From the human T2T-CHM13v2.0 reference genome, Homo sapiens, in assembly GCF_009914755.1 (NCBI RefSeq), contig NC_060943.1: DNA of 64,000 nt. One strand, given 5' to 3'. Positions 1-12,300 of this stretch are shown in pieces. The notes below the pieces were generated by a model. The model was given only the letters and a program-made list of their open reading frames with translations. It did no database searches and was not told the origin of the DNA. Made by a program: the position numbers and the translations under genes. Each line of letters begins with the position of its first letter. Positions within the stretch are counted from its first letter, which is position 1.

Positions 1-3000
1 TGAGCAGCTTGGAAACACTGTTATGGTGGAATCTGCGAAGGTATATATGGGAGCACATTGAGGCCTTTGATGAAAAAGAAATATCTACAGAGAAAAACTA
101 GAAAGAAGTTTTCTAAGAAATTGCTTGTGATGTGTGCATTCATCTCACAGAGTTAAACCTTTCTTTTGATTGCAGTTTGGAAACACTGTTTTGGAAGTAT
201 CTGCGAAGGGATGTTTTGGAGTGCATTGAGGCCTATGGTGAAAAAGGAAATATCTTCACATAAAAGCTAGAAAGAAGCGTCCTCAGAAACCACTTTGTGA
301 TGTGTGCATTCTTCTCACAGAGTTAAATCTTCGTTTTCATGGAGAGTTTGGAAACACTGTTTTGGTAGCATCTGTGAAGGGATATTTGGGAGCCCTTTGA
401 GGTCTATTTTGAAAAAGGAAATATCTTCAGATAAAAACTGGAAAGAAGCTCTCTGAGAAACTGCTTTGTGATGAATGCATTTGACTCGCAGAGATAAACC
501 TTTCTTTTGATTGAGCAGTTTGGTAACACTGTTTTTGTAGACTCCTCGAAGGCATATATTTGAGCTCATTAAAGCTTATTTTAAAGGAGGAAATATCTTC
601 AGGGAAAAACTATAAAGAAGCTTCCTCAGAAACTGTTTTGTGATATGCTCATTCTTCTCACAGAGTTAAAACTTTCTTTTTATTAAGCAATCTGGAAACA
701 ATGTTTTTTTAGAATCTGCGAAGGGATATTTGGGAGCTCCTTGAGGCTTTTGGAGTTAAAGGAAATATCTTCAGAGAAAAACTAAAAAGAAGCTTTCTGA
801 GAAAGTGCTTTGTGATGAGAGCACTCATCTCACAGAGTTAAAACGTTCTTTTGATTGAGCAGTGTGGAAACACTGTTTTTGTAGAATCTGTGATGGAATA
901 TTTGGGAGTGCAATGAGGCCTATGCTGAAAAAGGAAACATCTTCAGATAAAAACCTGAAAGAAACTTTTTCAGAAACTGTTTTGTGATACATGCATTCTT
1001 CTCAAAGAATTAAACCTTTCTTTTTATTGAGCAGTTTGGAAACACTGTTTTTGTAGAATATGCCAAGGGATATTTGGGAACATATTGATGCCTATTGTGA
1101 GAAAGGAAATATCCTCAGATAAAAACAAGAAAGATTGTTTATGAGAAACTGCTTTGTGACATGTGCATTCTTCTCACAGAGTTAAACCTTTCTTTAGATT
1201 GAGCAGTCAGGAAGCACTGTTTTTGTAAAATCTACGAAGGGATATATGGGTGCACATTGAGGTCTATGGTGAAAAAGGAAATTCCATCAGAGAAAAACTA
1301 GAATGAAGCTTTTTGAGAAGCTGCTTTGTGATGTGTGCAATCATCTCACAGAGTTAAAGTTTTAGTTTGATTGACCAGTTTGGAAACACTGATTTTGTAG
1401 AATCTGTAAAAGGATATTTGGGAACACATTAAGGCCTATGGTGAAAAAGGAATTATCTTCAGATGAAAACTAGAAAGATGCTTTCTTGAGAAACTGATTT
1501 GTGTTGTATGCATTCATCTCACAGAGTTACATCTTTATTTTGCTTGAGCAGTTTGGAAATACTGTTTTGTTAGAATCTGCAAAGGGATATTTGGGAGCTT
1601 CTTGAGGCCTATGGTCAAAAAGGACATAACTTCAGATAGAAACTAGAAAGAAGAATTTGACGCACTGCTTTGTGTTGTGTGCATTCATCTCACATAGTTA
1701 ATGCTTTCTTTTGATTGAGCAGCTTGGGGAGACTGTTTTTGTAGAATCTGTGATGGGATATTTGGAAGTGCATTGAAATCTATGGTGAAAAAGGAAATAT
1801 CCTCAGAAAAAAAGTAGAAATATTTCTGAGTAACAGTTTTGTGAGTTGTGCACTCATCTCACAGAGTTACACCTTTCTTTTGATTGAGCAGTTTGGAAAC
1901 ACTATTTTTGTAGAATATGCAAAGGGATATTTGAGAATGTAATAAGACCTATGGTGAAAAAGGAAATATCTTCACATAAAAATTAGGAAGATTTCTGAGA
2001 AACAGCCTTGTGATGTCTGCTTTCATCTCACAGTGTTAATCCCTTCTTTTGATTGAGGAGCTTGGAAAGACTTTTTTGTAGGATCTGCAAAATGATATTT
2101 GGGAGCACGTAGAGGCCTATGGTGAAAAAGATAATATCTTGTGATGAAAACTAGTAAGAAGCTTTCTGAGACACTGCTTTGTGATGTGTGCATTCATCTC
2201 AAAGATTTAAACCTTTCTTTTGATTCAGAAGTTTGGCAGCACTGTTTGTGTAGAATGTGAAAGAGATATTTGGGAGTGTATTGAGGCCTATGGTGAAAAA
2301 GTAAATATCTTCACAAAAAAAGAGAAAGACCCTTGCTGAGGAACTGCTTTGTGATGTGTGCATTCATCTCACGCAGTTAAATCTTTCTTTTGATTGAGCA
2401 GTTTGGAAAACTGTTTTTATAGACTCTGTCTAGGGACATATGGGAGTACTTTGAGGCTTAGAGTGGAAAAGGAAATATCTTCACATAAAAACTAGAAGGA
2501 AGCTTTCTCAGAAACTGCTTTGTGATGTGTGCATTCATCTCACAGAGTTAAAGTTTTCTTTTGATTGACCAGTTTGGAAACACTGATTGTGTAGAATCTG
2601 CAAAAAGATATTTGGGAGTGCCTTGAGGGCTATGGTGGAAAACAAAATATCTTCAGATAAAAACTAGAAAGTTGCTTTCTGAGAAACTGCTTTGTGATGT
2701 TTGCATTCATCTCACAGAGTTAAACCTTTCTTTGGATTGAGCAGTTTGCAAAGACTGCTTTTGTAGAATCTGCAAAGTTGTATTTGGCAGCACATTGAGG
2801 CCCACAGTGAAAAAGGAAATATCTTCAGATAAAACTAGAAAGAAGCTTTGTGAAAAACTGCTTTGTTACGGATGCATTCATCTCATAGAGTTAAACCTTT
2901 CTACTGATTGAGCAGTTTGGAAACACTATTTTGGTAGATTCTGCGAAGGGATATTTGGGAATGCACTGAGGCCTATTGTGAAAGAGGAAATATCCTCAGA

Positions 3001-6000
3001 TAAATCTGGAAAGTTTTCAGATAAATACTAGAAAGTATCTTTTGGAGGAACTGCTTTGTGATATGTGCATTCATCTCACAGAGTTAAGCTTTATTTTGAT
3101 TTACCAGTTTGGAAAAACTGATTTTGTAGAATCTGTGAAGGGATATTTGGTAGCATATTGAGGCCTACAGAGAAAAAGGAAATATCTTCAGATAAATCTA
3201 GAAAGAATCTTTGTGAGAAACTGCTCTGTGATGGGTGCATTCATCTCACAGGGTTAAACCTGTCTTCTGTTTGAGCCGTTTGGAAACAGTATTTTTGTAG
3301 AAACTGCAAAGGAATATTTGGGCCCACTTTGAGGCCTATGATGAAACAGGAAATTCCTTCAGATAAAAACCAGAAAGAAGCTTTCTGAGAAACTGCTTTA
3401 TGATGTATACATTCATCTCACGAATTAAAGCTTTCTTTTGATTGAGCTATTTGGAATCAGCATTTTTGTAGAATCTGCGAAGGGACATTTTGGAATGCAA
3501 TGAGGTCTATGTTGAAAAAGGAAATATCTTCACATAAAAACTAGAAAGAAGTTTCTGATTAACTGCTTTGTGATGTGTGCATTCATCTCACCCAGATAAA
3601 GCTTTCTTTTGATTGAGCATCCTAGAAGCACTGGTTTTGTTGAATCTACAAAGGGATAATTTGGAGCACATTGAGGCCTATGGTGAAAAAGGAAATTTCT
3701 TCAGATAAAAACAAGAAAGAATGTTTCTGAGAAACTGATTTGTGATGTGTGCATTCATCTCACAGAGTTAAACTTTTCTCTTGATTGAGATTTTGGAAAC
3801 ACTGTTTTTATAGAATCTGTCATGTGATATATGGGAGTGCACTGAGGCCTATGGTGAAAAAGGAAATTTCCTCAGATAAGAAGTAGAAAGAAGCTTTCTG
3901 ATTAACAGCTTTGTGATGTGTCTATTCATCTCACAGAATTAAAACTTTCTATTGATTGAGCATCTTAGAAACACTGTTTTTGTAGAATATTTGAAGGGAT
4001 ATATGGGAGCATGTTGAAGCCTATGGTGAAAAAGAAAATATCTTCACATAAAAACTAGAAAGAAACTTTCTGAGAAACTGCTTTGTGATGTGTGAATTCA
4101 TCTCAAAGAGTTACACCTTTCTTTTGATTGAGCAGTTTGTAAAAACTATTTTTGTAGAATCTGCTAGGGATATTTGGGAACATATTGAGGCATATGGCGA
4201 CAAAGGAAATAACCTCAGATAAAAAGTAGAAAGACTTCTGAGAAACAGCTTTGTGATGTATGCATTCATCCCACAGAGTTAAATTATTCTTCTGATTGAG
4301 CACTTTGAAAACACTGTTTTTGTAAAATCTGTCAAGGGATGTAAGGGAGCACATAGAGGCCTATGGTGAAAAAGGAAATTTCCACAGATAAAAATTAGCA
4401 GGAAGCTTTCTGATTAACATCTTTGTGATGTGTCTATTCATCTCACAGAGTTAAACTTTTCTATTGATTGAGCATCTTGGAAAAACTGTTTTCATAGAAT
4501 CTGTCTAGGGACATATGAGAGGGTATCGAAGCCCATGGTGAGAAGGGGAATATCTTCTCATAAAAACTAGAAAGAAACTTTCTCAGAAACTGCTTTGTGA
4601 TGCATTCATTCATCTCACAGTGTTAAACCTTTGCTTTGATTGAGCAGTTTGGAAACACTGTTTTTTTAGAATCTGAAAAAGGATATTTGGGAGTGCCTTG
4701 AGGCCTGTGGTGGAAAAGGAAATATCTTCAGATAAAAATTAGAAAGAAGCTTTTTGGGAAACTTCTTTGTGATGTGTGCATTCATCTGACAGAGTTAATC
4801 CTTCCTTATGATTGAGCAGTTTGGAAAGTAGAATCTGCAAAGGTATATTTGGTAGCATATTGAGGCCTACTGTGAAAAAGGAAATATCTTCAGATAAATC
4901 TAGATAGAAGCTTTGTGAATAACTGCTTTGTGATGAGTGCATTCATCTCACAGAGTTAAGCCTTTCTTCTGATTGAGTAGTTTGGAAACACTATTTTTGT
5001 ATATTCTGTGAAGGGATATTTGGGAACGCATTTAGGCTTATGGTGAAAAAGGAAATAACCTCCAATAAAAACTAGAAATATTTCTGAGAAACAGCTTTGT
5101 GCTGTGTGTCTTTATCTCACAGAGTTAATCCTTTCTTTTGATTGAGCAGTTTGGAAAGTGTTTTTCTAGAACCTGCAATGGGATACTTTAGAATGCTTTG
5201 GTGCCTATGGTGAAAAAGGAAATATCTTCAGATAAAAACTAGAAAGAAGCTTTCTGAGAAACAGCTTTGTGGTGTGTGCATTCATCTCACAGAGTTAAAA
5301 CTTTCTTATGATTCAGGAGTTTGGAAACACTGTTTTTGCATAATCCTTGAAGGGATGTTAAGGAATGCATTGAGGCCATGTTGTAAAAGGAAATATCTTC
5401 AGATAAATACTAGAAAGAAGCTTTCAGTGAAACTGCTTTGTGATGTGTGCATTCATCTCACAGTGTTCAAGTTTTGTTTTGATTGACCAGTTTTGAAGCA
5501 CTGATTTTGTAGAATCTATGGAGGGATATTTGGGACTGCAGTGAGGCCTATGGTGAAAGAGGAAATAACTTCAGATGAAAACTAGAAAGAATCTTTCTGT
5601 GAAACTGCTTTGTGATGTGTGCATTCATATCACAGATTAAAACCTTTCTTTTGATTGAGCAGTTTGGAAACCCTGTTTTTGTAGAATCTGTGATGGGATA
5701 TTAGGGAGTGCCTTGAAGTGTATGTTAGAAAAGGAAATATCTTCAGATAAAAACTAGAAAGAAGTTTTTCAGACACTGCTATGTGATGTGTGCATTCATC
5801 TCACAGAGTTAATACTTTCTTTTGATTCAGCAATTCGGAAAGACTGTTTTTGTAGAATCTGTGAAGGCATATTTGGGAGTGCATTGAGTCCTACAGAGAA
5901 AAAGAAATTTCTACAGAGAAAAAGAAAATATCTTTAGATAAATCTAGAAAGAACTTTTTGAGAAACTGCTTTGTGATGGGTGCATTCATCTCACAGAGTT

Positions 6001-9000
6001 AAACCTTTCTTCTGATTGAGCAGTTTGAAAACACTGCTTTTGTAGAAACTGTGAAAGAATATTTGGGATGCTTTGAGGCCTATGGTGAAAGAGGAAATGC
6101 CTTTAGATAAAAACTAGAAAGAAGCTTTCTAGTTTTCTGATGTGTGCATCATCTCACACACTGATGTGTGCATTCATCTCACTGAGTTAAAGTTCTCTAG
6201 TTTTCTGATGTGTGCATTCATCTCACCAAGTTAAAGTTTTCTTTTTATTGAGCTGTTTGGAAACCCCATTTTTGCAGAATCTGTGAAGTGATATTTGGGA
6301 ACGCAATGAGGCCAATGTCGAAAAAGTAAATATCTTCACATAAAAACTAGAAAGAATCTTTCTGACTAACTCCTTTGTCATGTGTGAATTCGTATCATAC
6401 AGATAAAGCTTCCTTTTGATTGAGCATCTTGGAAACACTTTGTTGAATCTGCACAGGGAAATTTTTGAGCACATTGAGGCCTATGGTGAAAAAGTATATA
6501 TGTTCAGAAAAAAACTAGAAAGAAGCTTTCTGAGAAACTGCTTTGTGATGTGTGCATTTATCTCACAGAGTTAATCCTTTCTTTTAATTGGGCAGTTTGG
6601 AAACACTGTTTTTATAGAATCTGTCAAGGGATATATGAGAGTGCATTGAGGCCTATGGAGAAAAAGGAAATTTCCTCAGATAAAAACTAGCAAGAAGCTT
6701 TCCAATTAACAGATTTGTGATGTGTCCATTCATCTCACAGAATGCAACCTTTCTATTGATTGAGCATCTTGGAAAATCTGTTTTTGTAGAATCTGTGAAG
6801 GGATATATGGGAGCATATTGAAGCCTATGGTGTAAAAGGAAATATCTTCATATAAAAACTAGAAAGACACTTTCTGAGAAACTGCTTTGAGATGTCTGCA
6901 TTCGTCTCCCAGAGTTTAAGCAATCGTTTTTGTAGAATCTGTGAAGGGATATTTGGGAGCGCATAGGAGCCTATGGTGGGAAGGGAAATATCCTGAGATA
7001 AAACCCAGAAAGGTGTTTTGAAAGAACTGCTTTGTAATGTGTGCATTCATCTCCCAGAGTTAAATTTTGTTTTGATTGACTGGTTTTGGAACACTATTTT
7101 GTAGAATCTGTGAAGGGATATTTGGGAGTGCATTGAGGCCTATGGTGAAAAAGGAAATATCTTCAGAGAATTCTAGAAAGAAGCTTTGTGAGAAACTGCT
7201 TTGTGATGGGTGCATTCATATCACAGAGTTAATCCTTTCTCCTGATTGAAGCATTTGGAAACACTGTTTTTGTAGAATCTGCAAAGCTAGATTTGGGAAT
7301 GCATTGAGGCCTATGGTGAAAAAGGAAATATCCTCAGATAAAAACTAGAAAGATTTCTGAGTAACATCGTTGTGATGTGTGCATTCCTCTAACAGAGTTA
7401 AACCTTCCTTTTTATTGAGCAGTTTGGAAACACTGTTTTTGTAGAATCTGTGAAGGGATATTTCAGAGCACGTTGAGGCCTACGGTGATAAAGGAAATAT
7501 CTTTAGATAAAATGTAGAAGAAGTTCTCTGAGAAACTTATTTGTGATGTGTATATTCATCTCAGAGAGCTAAACCTTTTCTTTGATTGAGCAGTTTGGAA
7601 ACACTGTTCTTGTAGAATCTGTGAAGGCACATTTGGGAGCGCAATGAGGCCTACGGTGATAAAGGAGATATCTTCAGATAAATACTGGAAAGAAGCTTTC
7701 TGAGAAGCTGCTTTGTGATGTGTGCTTTCATCTCATAGAGGTAAACCTTTCTTTTGATTTAGTAGTTTAGAAACACTGTTTTTGTAGAATCCACAAAGGG
7801 GTATTTGGGAACACATTGAGGCTTACGGTGACAAGGAAATATCCTAAGATGAAAACTAGAAAGATTTCTGAGAAACAGCTTTGTGATGTGTACATTCATC
7901 TCACAGAGTTAAAGCTTTCTTTTGATAGAGCAGTTTGGAAACCCTATTTTTGTAGAATCTGCAAAGTGATATTTGGTAGTGCATTGAGGCCTATGGTAAA
8001 AAAATGAAATATCCTACAGTATAAACTGGAAACATACTTTTTGACAATTTACTTTCTGATGTGTGCATTCATCTCACAGAGTTTTACTTTTCTTTGATTT
8101 TCAGTTTGGAAACACTGTTTTTGTAGACTCTGCCAAGGGATATCCTTGTAGATATAGGAGAGCATTGAGGTCCAGTGTGAAAAAGGAAATGTCTCCACAT
8201 GAAAACCAGAAAGATGATTTCTGAGAAATTGCTTTGTGATGTGTGCATTCATCAAACGGAGTTAAACCTTCCTTTTGATTGAGCATATTGGAAACCCTGT
8301 TTTTGTAATATCTGTGAAGGGATATTTGGGAGTGCTTTGAGGCCTATAATGTAAAAGGAAATGTCTTCATATGAAAATTAGAAGGAAGGTTTCTGAGAAA
8401 CTACTTTGTGATGTCTGCATTCATCTCACTGAGTTAAACCTTTCTTTTTATTAAGCAGTTTGGAAACACTCTTTTTTTATAATCTGTGAAGGGATACTTT
8501 GGAGTGAATTAAGGCCTACGGAGAAAATTGAAATATCTTCACCTAAAAAATAGACAGAAGCTTTCTGAGAAACTGCTTTGTGATGTCCGCATTCCTCTCA
8601 CAGAGTTTAAGCTTTCTTTTTATTGAGTAGTTTCCAAACACAGTTTTTGAAACATCTCTGAAAGGATATTTGGAAGCACTTTAGGGAACATGGTGAAAAA
8701 GGAAATATCTTCAGATTAAAAGTAGAAAGAAGCTTTCTGAGATACTGCTTTGTGATGTGTGCGTTCATCTCACAGAGTTAAATGTTTCATTTGATTGAAC
8801 AGCTTGGAAACCCTTTTTTTCTAAAATATGTGAAGGGATATTTGGGAGTGAATTGAAGCCTATGGTGAAAAAGGAAATATCCTCAGATAAATACTTGAAA
8901 GCAGCTTTCTGAGAAACTGCTTTTTGATGTGCTCATTCTTCTCACAGAGTTAATACTTTCTTTTGATAGGGCAGTTTGGAGACACTGTTTTTGTAGAAAC

Positions 9001-9109
9001 TGAGAAAGGATATTTCAAATTGCATTGTAGCATATGGTGAAAAAGCAAATATCTTCAGAATAAACTAGAAAGAAGCACTGTGAGACACTGCTGTGTGATA
9101 TGTGCATTC
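1..9109 (+). repeat. Alpha satellite block A: divergent monomeric array, ~172-bp A-type monomers
   Basis: Tandem units such as GAGAAACTGCTTTGTGATGTGTGCATTCATCTCACAGAGTTAAACC...GAGGCCTATGGTGAAAAAGGAAATATCTTCAGATAAAAACTAGAAAGAAGC. Measured period is 172 (gaaactgc at 2511 and 2683). GTGAAAAAG (A/pJalpha-type box) occupies the position of a CENP-B box. High inter-monomer divergence is typical of an old layer. Strand is given relative to the other alpha blocks. Confidence 0.97.
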
Positions 9110-9347
9110 CCAAAACTATAAACATCTGCTTCTCTGGGATAGGGATATTGATGATGATAAACCTCCTTGACTGCACGTGTGTTTATCAGGCCTCTGCAGG
9201 GGGAAGTACATCATGTGCTTTTGGCTCATTCTTGCACCCCAACCTGGCATTGTCTTTACAAAATCCTGCATGCAATTTTGTATTTACAATAATCAGGAGC
9301 ATTTCATATTTTATTCTGCAGCAATAGTTTCAGGGGGTCCTCCTACC
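9105..9347 (-). mobile_element. 5' fragment (~240 bp) of an ERVK-class LTR, most like MER11D (HERV-K11D/HML-7)
   Basis: Non-satellite island. Its reverse complement reads (G)GTAGGAGGACCCCCTGAAACTATTGCTGCAGAATAAAATATGAAATGCTCCTGATTATTGTAAATACAAAATTGCATGCAGG..., which I recall as the start of MER11D. The LTR 3' part is absent and there is no TSD. The family name is from memory. Confidence 0.7.
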
Positions 9348-12300
9348 CATTTGGAAGCCAATAAAGGTGTAGGTGAGAAACTGAATATCCCCAGATAAAA
9401 ACTAGAAAGAATCTATCTGGAAAGTGCTTTGTGTTGCATGGATTCATCTCACAGAGCGAAACATTTCTTTTCATGTAGCAGTTTTGAAGCACTCTTTAGG
9501 TAGAATCAGTGAAGAAACATTTGGGGCCATGGAAGCCTATAATGAAAAACTGAATATACCCAGATAAAAACTAGAATGAAGCTGCCTGTGAAACTTCTTA
9601 GTGATGTGTGAATTCATCTCACAGACTTAAGCCTTTCTTTTCATACAGCAGGTTTGAAACACTCATAGGATAGAATCTGCAAAGGGACATTTGGAAACCC
9701 ATGGAGGCCTATGTTGAATAACTAAATAACCCCAGATAAAAACTAGAAATAAGCTATGAGAAACTGCACTGTGATGTGTGGATTCACCTCACACAGTTAA
9801 ACATTTCTTTTGATTTAGGATGTTAAAAACACTCTTCTCTAGGATTTTTGAAGGAAAGTTTTGGAGCCCATTGAGGCCTATGGGGAAAAAATGAATATTC
9901 CCAGATAAAAACTATAAAGAAGCTATCTGTGAAACTGCTTTGAGTTGTGTGGATTCATCTCACAGAGTTAAAGATTTTTTTAACTCAGCAGGTTGGAAAC
10001 ACTCATTTTGCAATATCTGCGAAGGGACAACATCAAGGCCTATGGTGAAAAACCCAATATATTTAGATAAAAACTAGAAAGAAGCTATCTGTGAAACTGC
10101 TTTGTGATGTGTGGATTCTTCTCACAGAGTTAAAACTTTCTTTTGATGCAGTTGGTTGGAAACACTTTTTTGTTAGAATCTGTGAAGGAACATTTGCAAA
10201 CCCATTGAGGACTATGGTGGAAAACTGAATATCCCAACATAAAAATTAGAAAGAAACTGTTAGTGAAACTACTTTGTGATGGGTGGATTCACCTCATAGA
10301 TGTTAACCTTCCTTTTGATTCAGCAGGTTGGAAGCACTCTTTTTGTAGAACCTGCAAAGGGACATTTGGGAGTCCATTGAGGTCTACATTGAAAAACCAA
10401 ATATTAGCAGATAAAAACTAGTAAGAGGTTATATGTGAAACTTCATTGTGATGTGTGGATTCATCTCACAAAGTTAAACATTTCTTTTGATTCAGCAGCT
10501 TGGAAACACTCTTTTTGTAGAATTTGCAATGGGAAATTTGGGAGCCTTTTGAGGCTTATGGTAATAAAAAACGAATATAACCAGATAAAAACTAAAAAGA
10601 AGCTATCTGTGAAACTCATTTGTGATGTGTGGATTTAATTCACAGAGTCAAACCCTTGTTTTCATTCAACAAGTTGGAAAACACTCTTTTTGTAGAAGCT
10701 GCGAAGTGACATTTGAGAGCCCATAGACTCCTATGGTGAATAACCAAATATCTTGAGGTTAAAAACTAGAAAGATGCTATCTGTGAAACTACTTTGTGAT
10801 ATGTGGATTCATCTCACAAAGTTAAATCTTTCTTCTGATTCAGCAGGTTGCAATCACTTTTTTTGTAAAATCAGCAAAGAGACATTTGGAAGCCCTTTGA
10901 GGCCTACAGTAATAAACCAAATATTTCTAGAAAAAAAACAAGAGAGAAGTTATCTGTAAAACTGTTTTGTGATGTGTGTATTCATCTCACAGAGTTACAC
11001 CTTTCTTTTGATACTGCAGTATTGAAACACTCTTTTGCTAGAATCTGCGAATGGACATTTTGGAACTCTTAGATGCCTATGGTGAATAACCAAATATATC
11101 CAGATAAAAATTTCAAAGAAGCTATCTGTGAAACTTCTTTGTGATGTGGAGATTCATCTCACAGAGCCAAACCTTTCTTTTTTATTCAGCAGGTTGGATA
11201 TATTATTTTGGTAGAATCCATGAAGGGACACTTCGGAGCTCATGGAGTCTTATGCTGAAAATCAGAATATCCCCAGATAAAAACTAGAAAAACATCTGTC
11301 TTTGAAAATGCTTTGGATTCATCTCACAAAGATAAACCTTTCTTTTGATTCAGCAGGCGGGAAATGCTCTTCGGATAGAATTACCAAGGGAAAATTGGGA
11401 GCACATAGAGGCCTGTGGTGAAAAACTGAATATCCCCAGATAAAAACTAGAAAGAAGCTATCTGTGAAAGTGCTTTGTTATGTGTGGATTCATCTCACAA
11501 AGTTATACCTTTCTTTTTGATTCAAGAGTTTGCAAATACTTCCTTTGCAGAATCTGCAAAGGGACATTTGAGATCCTATTGAGGTGTATGGTGAGAAACA
11601 GAATATCAACAGATACAAACTAGAAAGAAGTGATCCGTAAAACTGCTTTGTAAGATGTGTTTTCATCTTACAGTGTTAAACATACGTTTTGATTCCAGAG
11701 GTTGGAAAGATGCTTTAGGTACAATCTGCAAAGGGACATTTGAGAGCCCATTGATGATGATGGTTTAAAACCAAATATTCCAAGATAAAACTAGAAAAAA
11801 CTATCTGTGAAACTGCATTGGGATGCATGCATTCATCTCACAGAGTTAAAGTTCTCCTTTGATTTAGGAGGCTGGATACACTTTTTCGGTATAATCTGTG
11901 TAGGGAATTTTGGGAGCCGTCTCACACCTGTCAAGAAAAAACAAATATCCCCAGATAAAAACTAGACAGAAACTATCTATAAAACTTAATTTTGATGTGT
12001 GGATTCAGCTCATTGATTTAAACCTTTCTTTTGATTCTGCAGATTGAAAAACTCTTTTGGAAGAATCTGCGAAGGGACATTTGGAAGCCCATAGAAGCTG
12101 ATTGTGAAAAAACAAATATTCCAAGATGAAAACTAGTAAGAAGCTATATTTGAAACTGTATTGTGATGTGTAGATTTATCTCACAGAGTTAAACTTTTCT
12201 TTGGATTCAGCAGGTTGGAAACACTTGTTTGGTAGAATCTGTAAACGGATATTTGGGAGCCTATAGAGGCCTATGTTGAAAAACCAAGTATCCATAAATA

